64,000 nucleotides of DNA from Octopus sinensis (lineage: Eukaryota), in assembly GCF_006345805.1 (NCBI RefSeq), contig NC_043009.1:48174001-48238000 (forward strand), written 5' to 3'. The notes beneath the pieces were generated by a model, which saw only the letters and a list, made by a program, of their open reading frames with translations, did no database searches and was not told where the DNA came from. A program made the translations under genes and the position numbers. Shown in pieces: positions 54,084-64,000 of the stretch. How positions within the stretch are numbered: position 1 is the stretch's first letter; each line of letters opens with the position of its first letter.

Positions 54084-57000
54084 TCATAGAATCATAGTCA
54101 AGGTGGCTTCGTCATTCATACGTGCCATCCTTGCTACATTCACCCATCTTTTTTTAAAACATTCACTAGACAAAACTTGCCTCTCTACTCTCACTTTTTT
54201 CTTCAAGTGATACTTGAAGAAGTTGATGAGAGATTGACCAGAGAGGAAAGTGTTTGTCTCTAATCCTTTCAGACGCGTCCACCAGATACATTCTTTCGCC
54301 ATAGCCACAAGTATGATAAAATTAGCTCTTCCTTCCCGTTTGAAGGAAGGAGGCGTGACGATATAACGATAGACTCGGCTGATAAACCGACACGTCCCAC
54401 ACGTGACAGCAGTCGTTCGACATAAGCCCACAGGTGGGAAATTGCTGGACACTGCACGATTGCGTGCAGAGCGGTTTCGTCGCTCTGCCCGCATCTCGGG
54501 CAGGTCGGCCCCGTGTTTCTCGAGCCATGGCCTATAGAGCTTATCCCGAACGGGTAGCGCTTCTCGGTAGCACCGCCAGGCCAGGGATCTCTGGAAGTTG
54601 TCCATAAGTCCCGGGCCGAAAGTCGTTTGAAACAGGCGGGTCAGGTACTCCTCGTCGACGCCCAGGTTTGCCCCGAGCTCGTCGTCGTACCTCCCCTCCA
54701 CTAATCCCCTATAGAATGCTTTGGTTGTGGTGAAGTCACTCAAGGTCGACCCGGGACGGCAGAGTTGCTTGAGAGCAACGCGACACTCGCGGTGCCATTC
54801 GCCCGCCCTTCTTCGGCCTCTTTTTGATCCACGACTGTAGTTCGGTCATGGAGACGAGTTGCGGGAATGCGTGCCTCACAAACGGCGACCACACCTGTTC
54901 ACCGTCGTCTACATAGAGCCGGAGATGTCGCAGTCTCAGCGCGTGTCTGCGCATCATCAACCACGGCATGCCCAGCCCTCCTTTTAACGGGTGTTGACAG
55001 CAAATGGATCGCCTGACCATCGGGACGCATCCTTTCCACAAGAAGCGGAAGAGGATGCGTTCTAGTTTGGTGATGGTAGGGTCGGGACAAGGTACGACGG
55101 TCAGGCGGTAGTAGATGATGGACGCGATGTACGCGTTCACCACCTCCGCCCGACCTTTTAGGGACAGTTTCCTCTCGGCCCATTGCTGGGCGAGAGTGAC
55201 CACCCTACTCGTTATCTCGTTCCAGTTCTTCTCCATTTGGAGGTCCGGACCGAACCAGACCCCGAGCAACTCAACCGGCCGTCTGTCCAGCGTCCCACGA
55301 CGGAGGTACTGGTGGACGGCATGGGCTTGCTTCTCCAGGTGCCGAGCCGCAAGCCCACTGACTTTTCCCGGTTGATTTTTGCTCCTGTCACCGCTTCGTA
55401 GTCTTTCAGTGTCTCGCCGACCCGCTCGATGTGCTCGTGGCTTGACACTATGACGGTGACGTCGTCCGCGTATGCAGACACGCTCGTCCCGCATCCTAAT
55501 TCTCGCGGGATGCCCCTCAGAGTCGCCAGCTTCCGCAGTAGTGGCTCAAGAGTCAATACGTATAGAAGCGCCGAGAGGGGGCATCCCTGACGGACCGAAC
55601 GTGCAATGTCGAAGGGTCTCGATAGATGTCCATTTACGCGAATTACCGAACGGATGCCCCTGTACAAGGCAGCTATCCAGCCGCGGAAGACGGGACCGAA
55701 ACCAGCCGCTCTCAGGACTGCCTCCAAGTATCGATGGTCTACCCTATCAAAGGCTTTCGATTGATCCAAGTTGATCAGGGCCCCACCCATGCCAGGTTCG
55801 TTAACTACCCTGTCTATGATGTAGCGCATCAGATGGAAGTTGTCATGGATGCTCCGGCCCGGCACGGCGCACGTTTGTGCGTTGTCGATCAGTTTCTCCA
55901 TGACAAGCGCCAACCTCTTGGGTAACACCTTTGTCAAAATTTTCAGGTCTGCATTGAGCAGAGTGATTGGCCTAAAGTTATCTATAATGTTTCCCTTGTT
56001 TGGATCTTTCTTCAGCAGAGTTACAGCTCCTCGACTCACAAAACCGGGTATGCTCCCGTTAGCTGCCAGTTGCAGTATACCGCTGCCAAGACGTCTCCAA
56101 ACAAGTCTGGCATACAATAGTAAATTCGTAGGGTAGACCATCCAAACCCGGTGATTTGTCCCTCGAGCATTCTGCCATCGCTTCCCGCACTTCCGCCGCC
56201 GTGATGGCACCTTCGCAGCACCCTGCCTTTCTTGTCGAGAGTCGTGGCAGGCTATGTAGGTAGGCACTGAAGTCTACCCTACGTTCTTGCCCTCCACTCG
56301 TCCCGAACAGTCGGGCAAAATGCTGCTGAAAGGCCTCACACATTTTACTTGGCTCGAGCAATTCGCGCCCCTGTTCATCTACCAGTGACCGAATGGTGGC
56401 TTTGTTGCCCTGTTGCGCCTCTGCCACCCGGGCCTCTCTCGCGGCTCCAACACCTTCGTTCCTTAGAGCACGACATCCTAGCTCTGACAGCACATCCTTC
56501 GTGTTTGGCGTTGAAGTGTTGGTCGAGGGCCAACCTCGCCGCCAAAACGTCGGATGCGATGCCGCTTCTAATTGCCTCTTCTAGCTTCTTAACTAGCTCA
56601 CCCTCTACTCTATTTCTATCTATGGCTAGTGCTTTGCTGTACCTAATCGCTTCTGCTTTTACTGCTCTCTTGAGGCAAACCACCATTTGTTGTTGATGAT
56701 GGCTCCCGTCAAAGCCCTCTTACTAGTGTGCTAATCCGGTCTCTGAAAACTTGTCTGGACGGGAATGATGCGTTCAGTTTCCAGTACCCAGGACCCTGTC
56801 TATGTGCCTTATCTAAGTCTAGCGTACACGTCACCAATTTGTGATCCGTGTAGCTGACTGTGTGGAATTGTGGACATCCTAAGTTATCCTTGTCTACTGT
56901 CCTACACAGTATCCTATCTAGATACGATCTCGACGACCCACTGCGGTTGCTCCATGTCCACGTTGGTGCATTTGGGTGGTCGAGTCGGTACCTGTCAGAC

Positions 57001-57511
57001 AGTTGGAATCGTCTGAGCAGGTCTCTGAGGCATTTGCATCCCCTTCTGTTTCTGTCTCGTAGTCTACATGCGTGTCCAAGGTAGCATTCCAATCCCCCAC
57101 TAAGAGTAAAGGACGAGACGTTCCCAAGAATACTTCTAGACGTCGAAAGAAATCCGCCCGACCTGTTAAGGGCGGTGCGTAGACTGATACGAGTCGAAAA
57201 GCGCACCCATTGCTGCCGTCAACATCCAGAACGATCAGTCTACCCTCCGGGTCTACGAATATCGTCTTGACTTCGAGATCCAGGCTCTTGTGAAAAAGTA
57301 CCGCGTGCCACTACCGCCCATCCTCGGCAGACAGGAGCGAAATAAATGTTGAACTGTCCGCCAAACATGGACTTTAGGCCCGTGGCTCGTGGAGTCTGGT
57401 CTCACTTATGGCTATGATTCCCAAATCATGTGACTTGATGTCATTTAGGAGGTATCCTTGTTTCCAAGGAGACCCCAAGCCACGCGCATTCACACAACCA
57501 ATCTTGACCAT
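54084..57511 (-). pseudogene. ORF2 (APE endonuclease, reverse transcriptase, C-terminal zinc finger), frameshifted as assembled
   Basis: MVKIGCVNARGL..IAISETRL, VSVYAP, LLVGDWNA, SDHKLV-like YTDHKLV, GYWKLN, KSPGLDGLPYEF, NFRPITLLNADLKI, LDQSKAFDRVDH, VRQGCPLS, YADD, CPRCGQSDETALHAIVQC. Confidence 0.93.
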
Positions 57512-57515
57512 GATT

Positions 57516-59282
57516 CTATTGGGGTGTGTGCTTTAAAACACACAAATGAAAGTACAGAGAGTTACTTACTTGTGTCGAAAGTTTTGGCTTCCTCGTTCTC
57601 TGATGTGTCTTCGAGGAGGTTTCTATATAGTTTTTGGGACAGATATTTCTAGAAACCCCCTACAGCATTTGAGAAGAGGGCTTTGAGTTTGTGATGTTGT
57701 GTTTGTGTGATGTGTAGTATTTTGATGTGTTTGGGTGGTGTAGTGCGTGGATGATTGCTATTTTTAAAGTCATCTTCACAAATGTTTGTGTATCCTGTGA
57801 TGTACTCCATTAGTTTGGAGTCTTTTGTGTCTATCGCTGATAGCATTGTTTTTGTGGTGTTGGTGCTTGTTTTGTTGTGTATGGAGTTTTCAGGGTTCAG
57901 GTATCTCCCTGCTTTGGTTGCGATTTCTTGTTTGGTTTTTCTTGATCTTTTTCTTTTACCCCCTGTGGCTATTTGCCATTCTGTCGAACTTTCATCGTTA
58001 GATGAAAAGTCTGACGAATCAGCAGGGGGCAAGGTAAAGCGTCTGGGTGTATTTGTGCGGTTGTAGATATTGTTGTGGTGCGCGGGGAGGGTGTTGCTGG
58101 GGGGTTTGTTGTGGTTATTGTCTCTCCTACATCATCTTGGTGCTTGTCTTCTTCGTTGTTATTCTTGGTGTTGGAATTGGTTTATTTGTTGTTGTGGTGA
58201 TGATTCTGTTCTTGGCGCTGGTGTTGGTGTTGTTTGGTGGGTTGGCTTGTTCTTGTTGTTTTTCCTGCATTTCCGCATACAGCTTCTTGACTAGCTGTCC
58301 ATATTGTGGTGTGGGCAATAATCCTGGCTTTTGTGATTTTTCCTGTGGCTGTTGTTGTTGTTGTAATTTTGCGGCAGATTTGCACTCCTTTTTGAGGTGT
58401 GCCTCACTGCCACATGTATAGCATCGTGGCCTTCTGCCCTCGACTACTACGTATAACTTGCGGCCATCCTCAAGATGTACGTGGGTGGGGATTTTATTTA
58501 TGTCCTCTTGACTTATGTGGAAGAGGAACTCTATTCTCTTTCCCAGCCAGTCCTTGTTTTCCGAAACACCGATATCTAGGATGTTTATGTCCTCCATTTC
58601 GGATGTTAAGGCGGATGTAATCCACAGTGTTGTAGTCACTTGGGGGACACCACTGATAATGACTTTCGTCACCTTCTGGCCGAGGTAACTCGGTGTCAAC
58701 GTTAGTTCATCAGAATGAAGGTTATCGTTGAGAATTTCTTCGCCAACTCTTCATTCTGAAAAACCACCTGTACGTGTGCGAACTTGTTCGCCCAAGTCAC
58801 ACAATCCTTGTATCCCCAGATGGGGCGTAAGCACTTTTCGACTTTGTCTGTGCTTGCCTTTTCTGGACTTTTTGTTTTTTTTATTTGTGATTTTATATAC
58901 AATTGTCTTTTTTTTCTCCTCATTCAGTATGTGCTGAGGTATGTGTAAGAGTATTTTTCCGTTTTGATTTGTAATAAGGTTTCTGCAATCTTAATCTGTT
59001 GTGTAGTAAACGAAACTTTTGTTACCTTTTCTTTTATCGCCTCGGCGAAGTTTGTTGTTGTTTTGTTATTGTTGTTACTGCCGGTGGTGTTGGTGTTGAT
59101 GGCAGGGGTGTGGGTTGTAGGTTTGTGGTTGCTGATTATGCAACTAGCAAGGGGTGGAAAATGCCTGCGTAATTTAGTCCTGCATTAGCGCAAATTTCGG
59201 CATTTCGTTTGCTTGTCGTCGTTATTTTTCACTTGTTGGTGATGGAGTGAGCAGTGGTTGAAGGGAATTGTTGTTGTCGTCG

Positions 59283-59322
<40 letters not shown>

Positions 59323-59668
59323 CGTTCTTGGTGACGGCGGTGGTGTTAGTAGTATTAGTAGCATTGACGGCACGGTCTTTGGTGGCGGTGATGTTGGTAT
59401 TGTTATTGGTGGCGACGTCTTTAGTAGGGATAGCAGTTTTAGTAGCAGATTCTGCCATGGTGTTGTTGTCGGTGTTGGTGGTGGTGGTGGACTCACTGAT
59501 GGTGTTGACGGTGCTTGGCCTTGCGACCTTTGTTTTATATTTGTTGCTGTTGTCGATGTTGATGGTGGCGGAGTTGTTAGGTTCAGCGTAAGGTAACAGA
59601 GCATCCTGTTTTTCTGCCTCTGCGTCACGCTTGACTTGCACCTCAGCCTCGTGGTGACCAGTGGCCAT
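57516..59668 (-). pseudogene. ORF1 (gag-like nucleic-acid-binding protein), frameshifted; 3' end uncertain
   Basis: MATGHHEAEVQ start, Thr/Asn-rich N-terminus, KVIISGVP, VVVEGRRPRCYTCGSEAHLKKEC (C-x2-C-x4-H-x4-C). Confidence 0.8.
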
Positions 59669-59885
59669 TTTGGAAATAAAATGGCTAATGAAACCACGAA
59701 GGCTATGAGAATTTTTTCTTTTAAATTTTGCCCATAAGGGGCAAAATTTTGTGTAGATATAATCAAGGTTTGCAGTGGATGTTGTTGCACAACTTTTAAA
59801 CAGAAAATATTTCACAATAAACAATTTTCAACGTACAAAATGACCAACTTACGTGGAGCCCATTTGACTAGCGTCCGTCCATGTC

Positions 59886-59997
<112 letters not shown>

Positions 59998-60289
59998 TAG
60001 AGTGGAAGAGTGGTAGAGACTGATATAGTTAGACATATAGGAACGAATGACAGAGTGACAGGTAGAAAAACAGCGACAGACAGAAGTAAAAGATGGAAGA
60101 AGTTAGGCGGAGAAAACGGACATTGGCAGACAGCTTGACAAACAGAGATAAAGACTTATTTCCTTTAATAACTTGGATTAAACACCAAGGAATTAAACTA
60201 TGTCTATAGGCATCTGTCATCATTCCTATGGCATCGCATGCAAGTGAAAGGTGGAGGCGAACAGATAGGATTTGCAATATGGTGAGTGT

Positions 60290-60490
60290 TTTTCACTGCT
60301 TAGTGCCTTAGAAAATATCCTGAAGATGACCTGGCGTGGCTACGTCACAAAGTCATAAAAACTAACCTAATTAAACTTCAAGACATCATCACTGCTTAGA
60401 TAAAGGAAGCTGCTTGGCCATGTATTGCGCTTACTGTTGGAGAACGACCATTGAGTGGACAGTTGAAGGAGAAAGAAGAAAAGAGAGGCT
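60290..60490 (+). mobile_element. RTE-like LINE fragment
   Basis: CL..ILKMTWRGYVT and GHVLRL resemble RTE CLRRIL.I.W.D.V.N and GHV.R. Confidence 0.5.
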
Positions 60491-60500
60491 TATAATAATG

Positions 60501-60557
<57 letters not shown>

Positions 60558-60558
60558 T

Positions 60559-60845
60559 AAACCCAAAAATGGCAGAAATTCAAAAGATAGTGCTCATGGG
60601 AACTGCTCATATCCTACGCAAAATACTTTCTATGTAATCTCAAGGTTTAAAACAAACATAATTTTCAGTTTAAAAAAAAAAAAAACTTTTTTTTTTAGAC
60701 ATTCATTAGTACAACACCCCCACTCCCCAAATATATGGCACACTAGGCATAACAACAACATGAACTTCCAACCCTGTTGTCTCTTGAGGTCTCTGGGTGA
60801 GACTTGGAGCCAACTTGTACAAATGTAAAGCAAAGTCAAACATAG
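60559..60845 (+). mobile_element. R4/Dong-like 3' end, copy 1
   Basis: PKMAEIQKIVLMGTAHILRKILSM*, 3' UTR, (AAT)n on both sides. Confidence 0.82.
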
Positions 60846-60895
60846 AATAATAATAATAATAATATAATAATATAATAATAATAATAATAAATAAT

Positions 60896-61175
60896 AAACC
60901 CAAAAATGGCAGAAATTCAAAAGATAGTGCTCATGGGACTGCTCATATCCTACGCAAAATACTTTCTATGTAATCTCAAGTTTTAAAACAACATAATTTT
61001 CAGTTTAAAAAAAAAAAAAACTTTTTTTTTTAGACATTCATTAGTACAACACCCCCACCCCCCAAATATATGGCACACTAGGCATAACAACAACATGAAC
61101 TTCCAACCCTGTTGTCTCTTGAAGTCTCTGGGTGAGACTTGGAGCCAACTTGTACAAATGTAAAGCAAAGTCATA

Positions 61176-61176
<1 letters not shown>
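60896..61176 (+). mobile_element. R4/Dong-like 3' end, copy 2
   Basis: Near-identical to copy 1 with the same 5' truncation point. Confidence 0.82.
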
Positions 61177-61251
<75 letters not shown>

Positions 61252-61252
<1 letters not shown>

Positions 61253-61412
61253 GCGCAGGAGTGGCTGTGTGGTAAGTGGCTTGCTTACTAACCACATGGT
61301 TCCGGTTCAGTCCCACTGCGTGGCACCTTGGGCAAGTGTCTTCTACTAGAGCCTCGGGCCGACAAAAGCCTTGTGAGAGGATTTGGTAGACGGAAACTGA
61401 AAGAAGACCGTC

Positions 61413-61467
<55 letters not shown>

Positions 61468-61742
61468 ATATATGTGTGTGTGTGTGGTGTGTGTGTGTGT
61501 GGTGTGTGTGTGTGTGTGCGTGTGTGTGTGTGTGTGTGTTCGTGTGTTTGTGTTTGTTTCCCCAACATCGCTTGACAACCGATGCTGGTGTGTTTACTTA
61601 CGTCCCTTTAACTTAGCAGTTCGGCAAAAGAGACCAATAGAATAAGTAGTAGGCGTACAAAGAAGTCCTGGGGTCAATTTGCTCGACTAAAAGGTGGTGC
61701 TCCAGCATGGCCGCAGTCAAATGACTGAAATAAGTAAAAGAA
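61252..61742 (+). mobile_element. SINE family D, complete
   Basis: Full head, expanded internal (TA)(TG) tract. Confidence 0.92.
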
Positions 61743-61743
61743 A

Positions 61744-61805
<62 letters not shown>

Positions 61806-61807
<2 letters not shown>

Positions 61808-61965
61808 CCCTTTTTCTATAGGCACAAGGCCTGAAATTTTGTGGGGAAAGGATAAGTCGATTATATCGATCTCAGACCCCGAATTGATGACAGGCAAAAT
61901 CGACCTCGGCGGAATTTGAACTCAGAATATAACGACGGTCGAAATACCACTAAGCATTTCGCCCG
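61806..61965 (-). mobile_element. Old family A SINE
   Basis: aaatcgacctcggcggaatttgaactcaga; ATT tail at 61745-61806. Confidence 0.75.
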
Positions 61966-61986
61966 AATAAAGATGATGATGATGAT

Positions 61987-62276
61987 GAAATACGATATAT
62001 CCCGGCTATGGAAAATGAAGGTGAAGATAATGTCAATTATTGTTGGGTCCTTCGGGATAGTATCTCAAAACATCAAGAGGAATATAAACGTAATGGGAAT
62101 AGAATGTCTCGTAGAGCTGTTACAAAAAAGTTTGCTTCCTTGGCATGGCCAGAATAATCAGGAGAGTGTTAGATAGCTGAAAAGAACAGATTATCACGGT
62201 ACCGTAGGCTACAGGTAGCAAGCCCGCTACGCATGCAATCTCCAGGAGTTCCAACAAAACATGAGATAAAAAGAAA
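61987..62276 (+). mobile_element. R4/Dong-like 3' end (different subfamily)
   Basis: KYDISRLWKMKVKIMSIIVGSFG...VELLQKS..GMARIIRRVLDS* (stop 62178-62180), then (AAT)n 62277-62545. Confidence 0.82.
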
Positions 62277-62340
62277 TAACAACAATAAAATTAATAATAA
62301 TAACAATAATGATAATGATGATGATGATGATGATATGATA

Positions 62341-62373
<33 letters not shown>

Positions 62374-62390
62374 TAATAATAATAATAATA

Positions 62391-62426
<36 letters not shown>

Positions 62427-62472
62427 TGATAATAATAATAATAATGATAATAATGATAATAATAATGACAAT

Positions 62473-62520
<48 letters not shown>

Positions 62521-62747
62521 TAATAATAATAATAATAATAATATTGAGAGAGCATTGTCGATGTGAGAACTGTTGCTGCTCATGTATTTTAATTTAACTT
62601 AAAAAAAAAAATGAACGAACTATTGAGTTTGGTTTAATGGCCTACCAATGTATACTATGAGTTTCTTTGCCCTAGGAGTCGGGAAGACACTCGGCAAGAT
62701 GGAAGCAATTTGAAAGAAGAAAAAAAATAGTAATAATAATAATGATG

Positions 62748-62800
<53 letters not shown>

Positions 62801-63350
62801 CTGATGCAGTACCAGGCAGTGGCTCTCATGGCTTCTGATCTTAACTGATTGAAAGTGTTATCATGTACATTGTTTTGTCTTGGTATAAAAGATGGGCTAC
62901 AGCAAATATTCTGCTCAATACCACAGATTTGCTTGTCAGTTGTTTGACCTTAACCAGTTGAGCATGTCCCTTAGTGGCTGACGATATGTGCATCTCTGAT
63001 CACGAGCAGAAGTAGTGGGGGGCATCATGGCCATGTGTTGAGAGGGATTCTTTGGAGTTTGAATGGTTCACCTCTGGAAACATAGGTGTTTCGTTCAACA
63101 TCCTAAAGCAACCCTTATTCAAGGACCGTTTGAGCAGGATGGGCTACTCAACCTGAAGAAAATTCTAACTGGGCCCCACCTGCAAGGTCATGTGCTGTTT
63201 ATCTTGATATGAGATCACCATGTCGCGCACATATGGTTGTGATGCATGTGCCTGGTGTACCTTTATCAGACGGGTAGTCATGATGGGTATATTGGGCTTC
63301 GTATATTTTACCCCAGTGTCACTTTGATGGCATGAACTGCTCTCTCACTC
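62801..63350 (+). mobile_element. Family B ~550 bp element, complete
   Basis: (AAT)n directly on both sides. Confidence 0.88.
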
Positions 63351-63765
63351 AATAATAATAATAATAATAATAATAAATACAACCTAAACAAAACAACCCA
63401 CAAACACGTGACACACTCTATACAGCAATTACCCAGTGAAATAAATTCCCACCGGCAATCCGGTAAACCAACGTATTACACACTCCACACACAATACAAG
63501 CAATATTACAACAAAAGACTGCACCACACCTCAAGAGGAAAAACAAACAAAACAACGACAAAAAAAAAGACTAACAATACAATACCAGGAAGAGTTTGCG
63601 AACTCCCAATAGCAGAAAAGAACACACAAAGCTGCACACACTCCAGCAACACGGGGGTGTTTCAGGTGATGGAGTAGAAATTTGCCTCAAACTATCAAAT
63701 GTTGAACCTGTCAGTCTGTCATTCTTATAATGATGATTATGATAATGATGATGATGATGATAATA

Positions 63766-63803
<38 letters not shown>

Positions 63804-63900
63804 TAATATAATATATAATAATAATAATAATATAATAATATAATAAAATAATAATAATAATATAATAATAATAGTAATAATAATAATAATAATAATAACT

Positions 63901-64000
63901 GCCCTGATGCAGTACCAGGCAGTGGCTCTCATGGCTGCTGATCTTAACTGATTGGAAGTGTTATTATGTACATTGTTTTGTCTTGGTATAAAAGATGGGC
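63901..64000 (+). mobile_element. Family B element, 5' part (runs off the window)
   Basis: gccctgatgcagtaccaggcagtggctctcatgg start after (AAT)n 63720-63898. Confidence 0.85.

Larger units (their letters stand above)
53683..59885 (-). mobile_element. Full-length Tx1/L1-clade non-LTR retrotransposon
   Basis: 5' UTR, ORF1 with CCHC knuckle, ORF2 APE-RT-zinc finger, 3' UTR with AATAAA at 53694-53689; GATA arrays on both flanks. Confidence 0.92.

Noticed and set aside
59850-59885. HDV-like ribozyme at the Tx1 5' end (tccacgt loop-like motif)
   Set aside because: P1 and P1.1 pairings cannot be formed.
60320-60328. ctgaagatg hammerhead-like start
   Set aside because: It lies within RTE-like coding sequence (ILKMTW) and has no downstream GAAA junction.
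62802-63351. Family B as a solo LTR (TG...CA ends, TATA box)
   Set aside because: Other copies begin gccc before TG, no TSD or primer-binding site is visible, and a 5'-truncated copy with an AAT tail fits non-LTR retroposition better; not fully excluded.

Overview
Eukaryotic, AT-rich window saturated with microsatellites. I found no supportable host-gene exon, rRNA gene or CRISPR array, and almost all ORFs in the supplied track are translations of simple repeats. The SINE families and repeat density look like an octopus (coleoid cephalopod) genome; this is inference from recognition, not a database result. Main content: (1) a full-length 6.2 kb Tx1/L1-clade LINE on the minus strand (53683-59885) embedded in a (GATA)n array, whose traced frameshifts are mostly single-base homopolymer indels; (2) five R4/Dong-like (RLE-type) remnants and five copies of an unclassified ~550 bp element, nearly all tied to (TAA)n runs; (3) Penelope-like (PLE) fragments and several hammerhead-ribozyme-like motifs, one fused downstream of a tRNA-derived head; (4) many tRNA-derived SINEs with shuffled modules, including a young family found three times at the same position inside older relatives; (5) Tc1, mariner and pogo-like DNA transposon remnants and MITEs; (6) a 100-N scaffold gap and a probable assembly duplication. 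SINE family labels A, D, E/C/F and B are my own working names. Coordinates were read by eye and boundaries of decayed copies are approximate.
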